From assembly GCA_963749915.1 (NCBI GenBank), contig CAVVOP010000022.1, forward strand, positions 512,001-576,000: DNA of 64,000 bases. The letters run 5' to 3'. Shown here piece after piece: positions 11,871 to 23,177 of this stretch (its first letter is position 1; every line of letters begins with the position of its first letter). Position numbers and translations under genes: made by a program. This DNA comes from an uncultured cyanobacterium. GTDB lineage: Bacteria > Cyanobacteriota > Cyanobacteriia > Cyanobacteriales > Cyanobacteriaceae. Below the pieces are notes generated by a model, which was not told where the DNA came from, ran no database searches, and saw only the letters and a list, made by a program, of their open reading frames with translations.

Positions 11871-14280
11871 TTACACTGCCTTATTTTCAAAGCTTCCTTC
11901 ATAGTCTTTTCGGCTTAATACTGTATCAAACAATCCAATGTCTTCGCCTTCGTGTTTGTTTATTCCAATGTACTCTAAACTTGCGTCTTCGTAACGTTTG
12001 AATTTGTAAACGGCATCATTCATTAATGCAGAATTGAAAACGCCAAGACTAACAAGTAACTCAAAGTCTTTTACGGTTAAGCCTGTTACTTTTTTGAATA
12101 GACCTGGCTCTAATTGCGTGATTACGTCTTTCAGACTTCTTTCTCGATAGTCAGTCAGATACATAAACACAGGAACACGAGTTGCAAATTTGATTAGCTT
12201 GTCTTGTATTTTTTTTCTCAGGCTTTTGTATTCTTTCTCAGTATCGGTAAGCTCTTTCTTTTCTTGTTTTGTGAGCTTTTCATCATTTGCTTCTTTCTTT
12301 AGCTTTTTTAACAGCTTCCGATTTATTGATGATGGTTTCAATGTCCTGATTCAAGTTTCTGAAGCCTTCAATGCTCATTAAAGCTTTCATTGCTTCTTCA
12401 TTTGCCATCAATCGGGCAAGGGTGTTGTTGTCCACATTTACGAGCAATGCACTTTCCCAACGTCTTGCCAAAAGCGTGGCAGTTGTGCCACTCATTGCCA
12501 TATCTAAAATTCCCGCTGCATCCACTTGCTTCATTGAACTGCCGTCATAAGCCAACACAGGCAGGAAGTTGATAAACTCGGCAACTTTTGCTTCGGGGTT
12601 CGATTCGTTTACATTTAGTCGGCAACTGTAATCGGCAATTTGTCTTAATGCACGGTCGGGAGCAAAGTCAAAAACGTAACATTCTTCTTTTAAAATTTCT
12701 TCTTTGTTGGGCGATTTGCTGTCAGGGTTTTTAATGACCCAAGGCGTTTGCACTCGGAATGCTGCTTGAAAATAAGTTTCAGGACTGGAAGAATTACGCA
12801 ACATAAAAATACCTGTCCACGGTTTTACCGATACGCCTGTGGTGAGTTTACCACACGAGAGCGTAATGGTTTTTGATTCCAATGGATTGTCGGTCATGGC
12901 ATCTAAAACTGGTGGCAATGCTTCTATTCCAATTCCTGCTTGTGTTCCTGCTGCAACCACCACTTTGTAATCGTGGTAAAAAATATTTTGTCTTCTTTCA
13001 AGCAACAATGCTATTGCATTACACGCTGCAACGGTTGGCAAAAACCAAAAAGTGTGATTCAACACTTTGAGCAATGGAGCGTGTGAAAACGGCAAAGGCG
13101 GCTTTTTTGCTCCCATCTTTAAATGGTCAACGGTGGTTTCGCTAAACGAACCCCGAATTAAATCCAACCATTTTTGTACTTCGTCTTCGTATTTGAAATG
13201 TGCTTTTCGTCCTTCTCCTTCGGCTGAAAAGAATATGTTTAAATCAAAACCATCAAACTCGCCTTGCATTGCAATTTGGCGAATGGAATCGGGCAATTGA
13301 TAGGTGAGCATTACCATTCGTGGCAAGGCTGCATACGGATTTGAACCTTTTGATTTGTCCCAATTTTCTTTTTCTCTTTGCTCGTCTGAATATGTCCAAT
13401 TGAAAATTTGCTCTTCGATAAATTCACCCGAACTAATAGCACGAAATGGAGTGCCTGACAAATACAAATAGTGATTGGTGCTGATAGGGATTATCTTCTC
13501 TAAGTGTTCCGCTTTGTCTTCTTCGGCAATCCCTTCTTTTTCAATCTTTGTGTATTCTTCAATTTCCTTCTCGGCTTCTAAATCTTTACCGAATAAATCT
13601 TTGGCGTTTTCTCGCCAAGCACCAAAATGGTATTCGTCAAAAATGATACAATCCCACACGGTGGCGTGTACCCATTCGTTTTTGGTTTTGATACCGCCTG
13701 TGTTGGTGTTCTTGCCTAAAAAATCCTGAAACGAACCAAAGCAAACCAAAGGTTTTTTGGTGTCAATATCTTGGCTCGATAATTCATCCGCGTGTTTGGA
13801 AATGAATTGCCAACCTTTAAAGTCAACGTGAGAAACTAAATCTTCTTTCCAGGCATCTTCAACGGCTGGTTTGAAGGTTAGCACCAACACTTTTTTCCAA
13901 CCCATTTTTTTAGCCAATTGATAACTGGCAAAGGTTTTTCCGAAACGCATTTTGGCATTCCAAAGGAAATGGGGCGTTCTGTCTTTATTCTCTTTCTTGA
14001 AACTTTTGAAATAGGCAATGGTTTTTTCAACGGCTGCTTCCTGCTCGGGTCGCATGCCGAAGTTTAGCACTCGGTTTTCATCTGTTTTTTCGCCTGTTTT
14101 GATTTGGTGAATGGCTCTCCGCAAATCATTCAAGGTGCATTTATACCATTCGCCACTGGCGTTTACTACTTTCCATTCTCTTAAAAGACGGTGTACATCG
14201 TGGTCTGTAAATGAACTACCGTCACGCTTCATTGCCGATTCTTCAAATACAATTTTGTATGGAATGGCTGCCGTTCCTAA
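11871..14280 (-). pseudogene. Restriction-system DEAD/DEAH (ResIII-like) helicase subunit; 5'-interrupted and frameshifted near 12300
   Basis: AKMRFGKT, DEYH, LSGTP and YFQAAFRVQTP motifs. ORFs 12283..14232 and 11871..12341 join if one extra A is removed from GCTAAAGAAAG. The frame is open upstream to 14280 (LGTAAIPYKIVFEESAM). Confidence 0.8.
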
Positions 14281-14296
14281 TCAATTATGTTTATTC

Positions 14297-14325
14297 AATC
14301 GACATGAGCGCTTTTCATGTCGATT
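14297..14325. repeat. Perfect 11-bp inverted repeat downstream of fic
   Basis: AATCGACATGA-N7-TCATGTCGATT; TCGACATGA recurs at 14339. Confidence 0.75.
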
Positions 14326-14387
14326 AGTTTGATTATTTTCGACATGACAGCCACTTCGTCTTTATCAAGTGTACATGACTACGCTTC

Positions 14388-15485
14388 CTATTCAGATAGT
14401 ATTCTAAGCAGTTTATGGTTGATATAATAGGTCTCCTTCCAAACCTGCACGCTCGCAAGCCATCCCGCTTTTTCTATTTCTTTCAAATAGCGCGATGCTG
14501 TTTGTCGTTTGGCAATTCCATTTTCCTCCAGAATCCCAATTTTTATGTAAGGATAGCTGAACAGCAAATCGTTCAACTCTCTGGAGAAAGAAGCCCCCAA
14601 CACAACTTTAAGATCATTTTCGGCATTTGCCTTCAGTTCTAAAATGCGCTTGACCTTATGCAGTGTAGTTTGAGAGGTTTTAGCAACACCATTTACTACA
14701 TACAGCACCCATTCATTCCAGTTGTTTTGCTCTGTTACTTCGCGCAATAGGCGATAGTAGTCTGACTTGTTTTCGATGATGTATTTACTCAAATACAACA
14801 CCGGTAAACCAATCATGTCTTGCTGTATCAAATACAGAATGTTAAGAATACGCCCCGTTCGCCCATTTCCATCACTAAACGGGTGAATGGCCTCAAATTG
14901 ATAATGAATCAGAGCCATTTTAATCAATGGATCTAATTGGCTACTATCAGGTTCATTAATGAACTTCTCTAATTCGAAAAGCTTTTGCCTGATCAACTCT
15001 TCGCCCTCTGGCGGAGTATAAACCACTTGTGCTGTTACAGGATTAGACAATTTAGTGCCCGTATTTCGCCTGACCCCCTCATTGCTGTTACGCAGTTTTT
15101 GCATAATGCCTACCAAAAGATTGGTAGTGATGATGCCTTTCCTCTTTAATTCTTCCAAACCAAAATACATGGCCTCGCGGTATTGCAACACCTCTCTGGC
15201 AGCCTGATTTTTCACCTTATCGCCCATCAAGGTGGCCTTGTATAGCTCATCTTGGGTCGTAACTATGTTTTCAATAGCGCTCGATTCCTTACTTTCCTGC
15301 AACACAATGGTATTGAGCAAAAGCTCAGGATTAGGCAAGGTTTGACAAAATCCCTTCAACTCTGCCAATAGCCTGTTTGCGCGAATGCAAGCCTTGAAAA
15401 TTTCAGGGGTTTCCAGATTAGCAGCAGGGGGTAAATCCGGCAGGGCATTGAAGGGCATGTCGCGGTTGAATACTGTTCTACTCAT
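14388..15485 (-). CDS. Fic family protein (Fic/DOC N-terminal domain, AMPylase)
   Basis: HPFSDGNGRTGR catalytic motif and SSAIEN inhibitory helix. Confidence 0.93.
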   Translation of the reverse strand: MSRTVFNRDMPFNALPDLPPAANLETPEIFKACIRANRLLAELKGFCQTLPNPELLLNTIVLQESKESSAIENIVTTQDELYKATLMGDKVKNQAAREVLQYREAMYFGLEELKRKGIITTNLLVGIMQKLRNSNEGVRRNTGTKLSNPVTAQVVYTPPEGEELIRQKLFELEKFINEPDSSQLDPLIKMALIHYQFEAIHPFSDGNGRTGRILNILYLIQQDMIGLPVLYLSKYIIENKSDYYRLLREVTEQNNWNEWVLYVVNGVAKTSQTTLHKVKRILELKANAENDLKVVLGASFSRELNDLLFSYPYIKIGILEENGIAKRQTASRYLKEIEKAGWLASVQVWKETYYINHKLLRILSE

Positions 15486-15517
15486 CGTGCTATTTTTTTA
15501 TTCCTGAAAATCCTGCT

Positions 15518-15559
15518 TCAGACCCATGGTCGGGGTGGGAAAAATTCTTTTTTATTCAT
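15518..15559 (-). pseudogene. Orphaned 5' end of the restriction helicase gene
   Basis: MNKKEFFPPRP(WV*); its ATG overlaps the stop of the methylase tail (ATGAATAA coupling). Confidence 0.6.
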
Positions 15560-15734
15560 CGACTCCGCCATTTTGTGATAAATCCATTGGACGAATCATA
15601 CTTTCAATAAATGAAATTTCTTCTTCTGTTAAGCCGTATTTTTTGTGGAGTTTTTCATCCGTCCAAGATTCTGAGAAGTCTTGCATTGGTACAAAGTGAT
15701 ATACTTTTTTGGTGGCGTGTTGTGCAGGTTTATT
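15552..15734 (-). pseudogene. C-terminal 60 codons of an Eco57I-type RM methylase
   Basis: Hand translation NKPAQHATKKVYHFVPMQDFSESWTDEKLHKKYGLTEEEISFIESMIRPM...; not in the ORF track. Confidence 0.7.
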
Positions 15735-16171
15735 ACGGGATTAGTAAAGTCTAAAGCATCACCCCAAAGTATGTTTCTGCTCAATAAAAACCGAACAGAA
15801 CGGATGCACTCATTTTTCACTTGATTGAATACTTTAGAATACCAATCGGTATAAATTCCAAGCAAACGGTCACGACATTCTTGGGCGTTGTCTTCCAAAA
15901 TGTCCACTCCGTAAATACTCGATACGGCAATTACAGAATAGCGTTCCCATTCCACTTGACTTTTGCTATACCTGCTGTCAACCGCAGCTAATTTTCGTCT
16001 CAATACTTCGGCTAAAAAGTTTCCGTTACCGCAAGCAGGTTCAAGGAAACGAGAATCAATTCTTTCTGTTTCGTGTTTTACTAAATCGAGCATAGCATTT
16101 ACTTCACGTTGGTTTGTAAAAACCTCACCGTGGTCAGTAACCCGCTTTTTGGATTTGACTTGTTTTTGCAT
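15735..16171 (-). pseudogene. N6-adenine methyltransferase-like 'subunit M', 3'-truncated by deletion
   Basis: HGEVFT, FLEPACGNGNFL, IYGVDI, NILWGDAL; runs out of frame into the methylase tail after ~15735. Confidence 0.75.
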
Positions 16172-16322
16172 CGCTTATTTATCTGTTTTTCCTGGAGCTA
16201 GCTATTGATTATAATATTCCTCAGTTGTGCCAATAGACTATTTACCCACCCTCTTTGCAAAAAGAACCCCCTTTTGTAGAAACTTAGCATGGCTACATTG
16301 TGGGGATTTAAGAGGATTACAT

Positions 16323-17606
16323 TTATGCCAAAGACGGTACTGGAATTTTTAAATGGGGATAAAGTGGAAAGCGATCGCACAATGCTTCTACACGATTAAT
16401 ACAATCTAGTCTCACGGCTTCATCTTCAGGGTTTAAAAGGCGATCAGCGATAATATTAGCAATCTCGGTAAATTCCGCTTCTTTTAAGCCTCTGGTAGTT
16501 TCCGCAGGTGATCCTAACCGTAGGCCACTGGTAACAAAAGGAGATTCAGGATCGAAAGGAACAGTATTTTTATTGGCAGTGATGCTAGTTTTACCTAGTA
16601 ATTGATCTGCTACTTTACCAGTCATGCCGATCGATCGCAAATCTACCAAGTTAAGGTGATTATCAGTACCGCCAGAAACTAACTTAAAGCCTCTATTAAC
16701 TAACTGATTACCCAAAGTTTGAGAGTTGGTGATGACTTGGGCGCAATAGGTTTTAAATTCAGGTTTTAAGGCTTCTCCAAAGGCGACGGCCTTACCGGCG
16801 ATAACATGTTCTAAAGGTCCTCCCTGAGTACCAGGGAATACAGCTTTATTTAACTGTTTGCCTAATTCAGCGTCACGGCTGAGGATTAAACCACCACGAG
16901 GTCCTCTTAAGGTTTTGTGGGTTGTGGTTGTTACTACATCACAATGGGGAACGGGGTTGGGATGATAACCAGTGGCGACTAAACCAGCAATATGGGCAAT
17001 ATCTGCCAATAAATATGCACCTACTTCATCGGCGATGGCTCTAAACTTATCAAACTCAATGATGCGAGGATAGGCAGAATAACCGCAAATAATTAATTTA
17101 GGACGTTCTTGTAATGCTAATTCCCGAATTTGATCATAGTTGAGGCGTTCAGTTTCTTTGCTAACTCCATATTGACATACCTCGAACCATTTACCTGAAA
17201 AGTTTACGGGTGATCCATGAGTTAAATGTCCACCGTGAGACAAATCCATGCCCATAATTTTATCACCAGGTTTGAGAAGGGCTAAAAACACAGCAAAATT
17301 AGCTTGTGCACCTGAGTGGGGTTGAACATTCGCCATTTCCGCTCCAAATAACCGTTTTGCCCTTTCAATGGCTAAATCTTCCGCTTGATCTACAAACTTA
17401 CAACCACCGTAATAACGCTTTCCGGGTAAACCCTCCGCATATTTATTGGTTAAAACTGAACCTTGTGCTGCCATGACCGCAGGGGAGGTAAAGTTTTCAC
17501 TAGCAATTAATTCTAAATGTTTTCTTTGACGTTGTAATTCGTTGGCAATAATTTCAGCGATCGCTGGATCTGTATCGGCTAAAAATTCTAGGTTGGTCTG
17601 ATTCAC
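16323..17606 (-). CDS. glyA: Serine hydroxymethyltransferase
   Basis: [25 protein letters not shown]. Confidence 0.97.
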   Translation of the reverse strand: MNQTNLEFLADTDPAIAEIIANELQRQRKHLELIASENFTSPAVMAAQGSVLTNKYAEGLPGKRYYGGCKFVDQAEDLAIERAKRLFGAEMANVQPHSGAQANFAVFLALLKPGDKIMGMDLSHGGHLTHGSPVNFSGKWFEVCQYGVSKETERLNYDQIRELALQERPKLIICGYSAYPRIIEFDKFRAIADEVGAYLLADIAHIAGLVATGYHPNPVPHCDVVTTTTHKTLRGPRGGLILSRDAELGKQLNKAVFPGTQGGPLEHVIAGKAVAFGEALKPEFKTYCAQVITNSQTLGNQLVNRGFKLVSGGTDNHLNLVDLRSIGMTGKVADQLLGKTSITANKNTVPFDPESPFVTSGLRLGSPAETTRGLKEAEFTEIANIIADRLLNPEDEAVRLDCINRVEALCDRFPLYPHLKIPVPSLA

Positions 17607-17768
17607 TTTAATTTAATTTTTCATATAGGTATATTTTATTTATCATAATAGATTGTTGCTTCATCGTTGAATCGAAAACAGGGTAAACCCTAGCTGGGGA
17701 TACAAGAAAAATAGGTGTTTTGTCCCTCTTTGAAGGGGATATGGCGGTGTAGTCAAAAAATCTAGATT

Positions 17769-17846
17769 ATGGACAAAAAGAGTCTTTCTGAAAGGGATAT
17801 TTGTACCAAATTTGTTACACCTGCATTGTAAAAAGCTAACTGGGAT
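17769..17846 (+). pseudogene. Type I restriction HsdR (EcoAI/EcoEI-like) N-terminal stub
   Basis: MDKKSLSERDICTKFVTPAL*KANWD resembles the HsdR start (SERDICTK.ITPAL..AGWD), with an in-frame stop. Confidence 0.7.
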
Positions 17847-17879
17847 AATAATCATTCAGTAGGTGATGGGATGCAGCAG

Positions 17880-18235
17880 GCTCTAAGCTATCAAAAATAA
17901 CTCCCGTACAGGCACGGGTGATATGAGGAAATAAGCGGTGTTCAATGGGGTTATATTTAGAAGTATAAGGAGGATAATGGGCAATTCTGATTTCAATTCC
18001 TAATTCTTGCACCCTCTTTTGATTGTATCCGGACGACATCCGAATAGCCTGACGATATAACTTATGCCCCCATACCCCAATTTTTCAGCTTCTATGGCTG
18101 CATAACGCCTTCGCTCTTTTTCTGATAGACTGTGATAGTATCTAATCATTTTTTCTTCTATTTCTTGGGGATAGGGTTGTATTTGTTTCATTACTCTCTT
18201 TCTACTACATCAGCTATTTTGCCATATTGCTTAAG
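17880..18235 (-). mobile_element. ISAzo13-family transposase remnant, internally deleted
   Basis: N-terminal LSEKERRRYAAIEAEKLGYGGISY piece is fused to C-terminal AHYPPYTSKYNPIEHRLF piece; ends approximate. Confidence 0.8.
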
Positions 18236-18291
18236 CAAATCTCTTTTCTAAAACTTTACCATTTTATTTAATCCTCATTCCTTAGCTTTCA

Positions 18292-19416
18292 ATGCATATC
18301 CTAATTCCGGCATTACACCGACCCCTACAACCCACTGGCGTTTGCAGACATGCAGTAAATCTGGCACAATCTCTGGTTGATACTGATGAAGTAACTAAAG
18401 TAACCTTAGTGGTTGGGGAATGGCAAAAAGACTACTTCCAAAAATCTTTTGATTTTTTGTCCCCCAAAATTAATTTAGTTTCTGTAGCAATTAAAAATAG
18501 TTCTTTTTCCAGAAATAAGTGGTTTCTTTTGGGTTTGCCAAAACTAGCTAATGATCTCCAGTCCGATATTATTCATATGTCCTTTCCATTCCCATTCATT
18601 CGTCAATGGTTTAAAGCACCTGTGATATCGACTATTCACGATTTATATCCTTACGAATGTCCGGAGAATTTCGGCTACCCTCAAGTTTGGTTCAATCGTT
18701 GGTTTCTCAAACAATGTGTAGATAACAGCGATGGACTTACTTGTGTTTCCAAATGCACCTTAGAATCGCTCAAACATTATTTTCCTGGTATTGATTTACG
18801 TAAAGAAACCACCGTAATCTATAATTATGTAGATTTTGATAATATTATTCCCAAAATTCCCGAAGATCTCGGTGTTGGCGAGAATTTTCCCTTCTTACTT
18901 TGTGTTGCCCAACATCGCAAAAATAAGAATTTGGATTTATTAATTCAATCCTACGCACTTTTGCTAAACAATGACAGACTAACACCCTCAACTAAATTAG
19001 TCCTTGTTGGTAGTCCAGGTCCGGAAACAGAAAATATTCAAACTTTAATTCAAACTCTTGGTTTGCAAAGGCAAATAATTTTGCTGTCTTCACTTGATGA
19101 TGAAGAATTATGTTGGTTGTATAAAAACTGTAAACTTTTCGTAATTCCTTCATCTACAGAAGGATTTTGCATTCCCCTGGTGGAAGCAATTTTTTTCTCA
19201 TGTAAGGCTATCTCTTCGGATATTCCTATTTTTAGGGAAGTGGGTTCTTCAAATTGCACATACTTCGATGTGAAGAATAACCCCGTGGAAAATCTAGCAG
19301 ATGCCATAGCTGATGTTCTCTCACAGACCCATAGTGACCGCTCCCTAGCCGATCCACGCTTTTCAAAAAGTAATGTAGCCCATCAGCTTTTAAATTTTTA
19401 CGCCTCAGTCAAGTAA
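18292..19416 (+). CDS. Glycosyltransferase family 4
   Basis: TIHDL, KNLDLLI and EGFCIPLVEA (EX7E) motifs. Confidence 0.9.
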   Translation: MHILIPALHRPLQPTGVCRHAVNLAQSLVDTDEVTKVTLVVGEWQKDYFQKSFDFLSPKINLVSVAIKNSSFSRNKWFLLGLPKLANDLQSDIIHMSFPFPFIRQWFKAPVISTIHDLYPYECPENFGYPQVWFNRWFLKQCVDNSDGLTCVSKCTLESLKHYFPGIDLRKETTVIYNYVDFDNIIPKIPEDLGVGENFPFLLCVAQHRKNKNLDLLIQSYALLLNNDRLTPSTKLVLVGSPGPETENIQTLIQTLGLQRQIILLSSLDDEELCWLYKNCKLFVIPSSTEGFCIPLVEAIFFSCKAISSDIPIFREVGSSNCTYFDVKNNPVENLADAIADVLSQTHSDRSLADPRFSKSNVAHQLLNFYASVK

Positions 19417-19530
19417 TTGGTTCTTTTGCAAAAAGTTATAAAGAAAAAAATAATACCATCTAAAGATGATGGAAAAATTTATAACTCTTGTTCCTCGTTT
19501 CTGTGTTCATGGACTACTACCCCCTATTTT

Positions 19531-21240
19531 TTAAAACAGAAAATAACGCTGAGTCATGGGTAAAACTGTTGCCGGTTCGCAGGTTAATAACTCCCCGTTT
19601 GCCCTCACCTCGTAGGTTTCTGGATCCACTTCTATTTGGGGGACAAAATCGTTTAATTTCAAGTCCTTTTTACTTAAAGTGCGAGTATTTGTCACCGGTA
19701 CTGCTCGCTTTTGTAAGCCGATTTTTTCGGGAACGTTTGCCTCCAGAGAGGCAACGGAAACAAAAGTAATGGACGTAGCGGCGATGGCACCACCAAAACT
19801 AGCAAACATTGGGCGCATATATACGGGCTGAGGGGTGGGGATACTGGCGTTAGGATCCCCCATTTGGGCATAAGCGATGGTGCCACTTTTCAGCACCAGT
19901 TCCGGTTTTACCCCAAAAAATGCCGGTTTCCACAGGCACAAGTCCGCCAGTTTTCCCTCCTCCACGGAACCCACATAATCGGCAATGCCGTGGGTAATTG
20001 CAGGATTAATCGTATATTTAGCAATGTAACGTTTGGCACGGAAGTTGTCATTTTCTCCCGACTCTTCGGCTAGTCGTCCCCGTTGCACTTTCATTTTGTG
20101 TCCCGTTTGCCAAGTGCGAATAATGGTTTCCCCCACCCTTCCCATCGCTTGGGAGTCGGAGGAGATCATGCTAAATGCGCCCAAATCATGGAGAATATCC
20201 TCCGCCGCGATGGTTTCTCGGCGAATGCGGGACTCAGCAAAAGCCACATCTTCAGGAATGCTTTTATCGAGGTGATGACATACCATCAGCATATCTAAGT
20301 GTTCGTCCAAAGTATTAACCGTGTAAGGACGGGTGGGGTTAGTAGAGGAGGGCAAAACATTGGATTGACCGCAAACCTTAATAATATCCGGGGCGTGACC
20401 ACCCCCTGCACCCTCAGTATGGTAGGTATGAATTACCCGATTTTTAAAAGCGGCAATGGTATTCTCGACAAATCCTGCTTCATTGAGGGTATCGGTGTGA
20501 ATAGCTACTTGAATATCATACAGGTCAGCCACCGTTAGACAGGTGTCGATGGCCGCCGGAGTAGTTCCCCAGTCCTCATGCAGTTTCAGACCCATGGCAC
20601 CAGCGATCACTTGTTCTACTAGCCCTGCCGGTTTACTACTGTTACCCTTTCCCAAAAAACCCAGGTTCACAGGAAAAGCATCCGCCCCTTGCAACATCCG
20701 ATAAATATTCCATTCCCCTGGAGTACAGGTAGTGGCGTTTGTTCCCGTGGCGGGTCCAGTTCCGCCACCAATCATTGTAGTAATTCCAGATGCGATGGCA
20801 GTTTCAATCTGTTGAGGACAAATAAAGTGAATGTGGCTATCAATTCCCCCCGGGGTGAGGATCATTCCTTCCCCGGCGATGACTTCCGTCCCAGGTCCAA
20901 TGATAATATCGACATTATCCTGAATGTGGGGATTCCCCGCTTTGCCAATCTTATCAATCTTCCCGTCCTTAATGCCCACATCAGCTTTGACAATACCCCA
21001 CCAGTCCAAAATCAAAGCATTGGTAATAACTAAATCCACCGCCCCTTCTTGACGAGAAAGTGGCGACTGTCCCATCCCGTCTCTGATCACTTTACCACCG
21101 CCAAACTTTACCTCATCGCCGTAGGTGGTGTAATCTTGTTCTACCTCAATCCAGAGTTCCGTATCAGCAAGACGAAGACGATCTCCTACTGTCGGCCCGT
21201 AGGTTTCAGCATAGGCTTGACGATCCATTCTATAACTCAT
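19531..21240 (-). CDS. ureC: Urease alpha subunit
   Basis: [39 protein letters not shown]. Confidence 0.98.
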   Translation of the reverse strand: MSYRMDRQAYAETYGPTVGDRLRLADTELWIEVEQDYTTYGDEVKFGGGKVIRDGMGQSPLSRQEGAVDLVITNALILDWWGIVKADVGIKDGKIDKIGKAGNPHIQDNVDIIIGPGTEVIAGEGMILTPGGIDSHIHFICPQQIETAIASGITTMIGGGTGPATGTNATTCTPGEWNIYRMLQGADAFPVNLGFLGKGNSSKPAGLVEQVIAGAMGLKLHEDWGTTPAAIDTCLTVADLYDIQVAIHTDTLNEAGFVENTIAAFKNRVIHTYHTEGAGGGHAPDIIKVCGQSNVLPSSTNPTRPYTVNTLDEHLDMLMVCHHLDKSIPEDVAFAESRIRRETIAAEDILHDLGAFSMISSDSQAMGRVGETIIRTWQTGHKMKVQRGRLAEESGENDNFRAKRYIAKYTINPAITHGIADYVGSVEEGKLADLCLWKPAFFGVKPELVLKSGTIAYAQMGDPNASIPTPQPVYMRPMFASFGGAIAATSITFVSVASLEANVPEKIGLQKRAVPVTNTRTLSKKDLKLNDFVPQIEVDPETYEVRANGELLTCEPATVLPMTQRYFLF

Positions 21241-21316
21241 AAATACTTTAGATAACAGTCCTAAATATAATTCAATCTGATATATTTGAACACAAACTCA
21301 CCAGATAGATGATCTC

Positions 21317-21757
21317 ATGGCATTAATTCTCGATCGTTTAATTCCAAAAACTCCTGAGTCTCAGATTAGTTTAACTCTAGCATTAACTGCTGAAGAAAGA
21401 AGACGATCCCATCAACGACTAGAACTTTCTAATGGGACAATCATTCATTTACAACTTCCCAGAGGAACAGTTCTCCATTCTGGAGATTTACTCCAAGGAA
21501 ACACTCCAGACATTATAGTAAAAATTATTCCCAAAGCAGAAGAAGTTGTAACGGTTAAGAGTAATAATTATTTAGACTTAATCAAAGCCGCCTATCATTT
21601 AGGTAATCGTCATATTCCCCTAGAAATTACGAGAGATTACCTAAGATTTTCTGCCGATACTGTACTAGCAGATATGGTGAAAAGAATGGGATTACAAGTA
21701 ATTATAGAAATACAAAACTTTGAACCAGAATCTGGTGCCTATAAACACGAGCATTGA
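21317..21757 (+). CDS. ureE: Urease accessory protein UreE
   Basis: AYHLGNRH and FEPESGAY..H. Confidence 0.93.
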   Translation: MALILDRLIPKTPESQISLTLALTAEERRRSHQRLELSNGTIIHLQLPRGTVLHSGDLLQGNTPDIIVKIIPKAEEVVTVKSNNYLDLIKAAYHLGNRHIPLEITRDYLRFSADTVLADMVKRMGLQVIIEIQNFEPESGAYKHEH

Positions 21758-21784
21758 CAAAAATGAGATGATAAATAGTTATAC

Positions 21785-22468
21785 ATGAATAGCAAAATAT
21801 TACATCTTTTACAACTTGCCAGTCCAGCCCTACCTTTAGGGGCATACAGTTATTCTGACGGCTTAGAAACCCTAGTAGAACAACTCAAAATCAGAACCCA
21901 TACAGACCTATTTTCTTGGCTTGAACAAGAATTGATCTACGGAGCAATTCGCATTGAATCCGCATTAATGCTAAAAGTATATCAAGGATTGATAAACGAT
22001 CAATTAGATACTATAATTTCTTGTAACCACTGGATAACGGCCAGCAAGGAAACTAAAGAACTCCGCCTACAAAGCTGGCAAATGGGCAATAGTTTAGTTA
22101 AGTTAATGTTAAGTTTGATTGAAGGGAATCAACGGCTATTGCCGGAAGTTCAGAGAATTTTGGGACAAGAATGTAACTATGCCATCGCCTTTGGGATTGC
22201 CGCTGCTTTATGGGACATCGATGGGGAATCTGCCCTACTGGCATATCTTCAAAGTTGGGCTACTAATTTAATTAGCGCAGGGATTAAATTAATCCCCTTA
22301 GGACAAACGGCAGGACAACAAATCCTCAACAAATTAAACAATATCATTCTTAGAGAATCCCAGTCAATATTAACTTTAACGGACGATCATTTATACTGCT
22401 GTAGTTTCGGCTTAGGTTTAGCTAGTATGAACCATGAAAATCTATATACTCGTTTATTCCGCAGTTAG
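21785..22468 (+). CDS. ureF: Urease accessory protein UreF
   Basis: LPLGAYSYSDGLE and C-terminal RLFRS. Confidence 0.94.
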   Translation: MNSKILHLLQLASPALPLGAYSYSDGLETLVEQLKIRTHTDLFSWLEQELIYGAIRIESALMLKVYQGLINDQLDTIISCNHWITASKETKELRLQSWQMGNSLVKLMLSLIEGNQRLLPEVQRILGQECNYAIAFGIAAALWDIDGESALLAYLQSWATNLISAGIKLIPLGQTAGQQILNKLNNIILRESQSILTLTDDHLYCCSFGLGLASMNHENLYTRLFRS

Positions 22469-22516
22469 GTTATCCTATAACAATCATCCCACTAGTTTAC
22501 GTTTAAAAATTGTACA

Positions 22517-23119
22517 ATGAATGCGTTTCGAGTCGGAATTGCTGGTCCTGTGGGCTCGGGAAAAACTGCCCTGTTAGATGGTCTTTGTAAAAGAATGCGA
22601 GAATATTGGCAAATTGGGGTAGTAACTAATGATATCTATACCCAGGAAGATGCTCAATTTTTAGTACGTTCCCAAGCATTACCCCAAGAGAGAATTATCG
22701 GGGTAGAAACGGGGGGATGTCCTCATACGGCTATTCGAGAAGATGCCTCAATTAACCTAGTTGCCATGGAAGAATTGGAGTTAAAATTTCCTCAATTAGA
22801 CTTGATTTTTCTCGAAAGCGGTGGCGATAATTTAGCAGCAACTTTTAGCCCCGAATTAGTAGACCTAACTATTTATGTTATCGATGTAGCCGCAGGGGAT
22901 AAAATTCCCCGTAAGGGCGGTCCAGGAATCACTAAATCCGACTTACTGGTGATTAATAAAATAGACATTGCCCCTCAAGTCGGAGCGGATTTAAGGGTGA
23001 TGGCAAGGGATAGTAAAAAAATGCGCATAGATAAACCTTTTGTCTTTACCAACTTAAAAACAAAGGAAGGGCTTGGGCAAGTTATAGTATTTATTGAATC
23101 CTATTTGCAAACTAAATAA
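22517..23119 (+). CDS. ureG: Urease accessory GTPase UreG
   Basis: [20 protein letters not shown]. Confidence 0.96.
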   Translation: MNAFRVGIAGPVGSGKTALLDGLCKRMREYWQIGVVTNDIYTQEDAQFLVRSQALPQERIIGVETGGCPHTAIREDASINLVAMEELELKFPQLDLIFLESGGDNLAATFSPELVDLTIYVIDVAAGDKIPRKGGPGITKSDLLVINKIDIAPQVGADLRVMARDSKKMRIDKPFVFTNLKTKEGLGQVIVFIESYLQTK

Positions 23120-23177
23120 ACTGTAGTTACAACTTTAATTGTCTATTATAAAAACCGACGATGATGCTAGTATCAAA

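Noticed and set aside
16251..19435. CTTTGCAAAAAGAACC / GGTTCTTTTGCAAAAAG as ends of a composite element carrying glyA
   Set aside because: Short and degenerate, with no target duplication; glyA looks native and has HIP1 sites.
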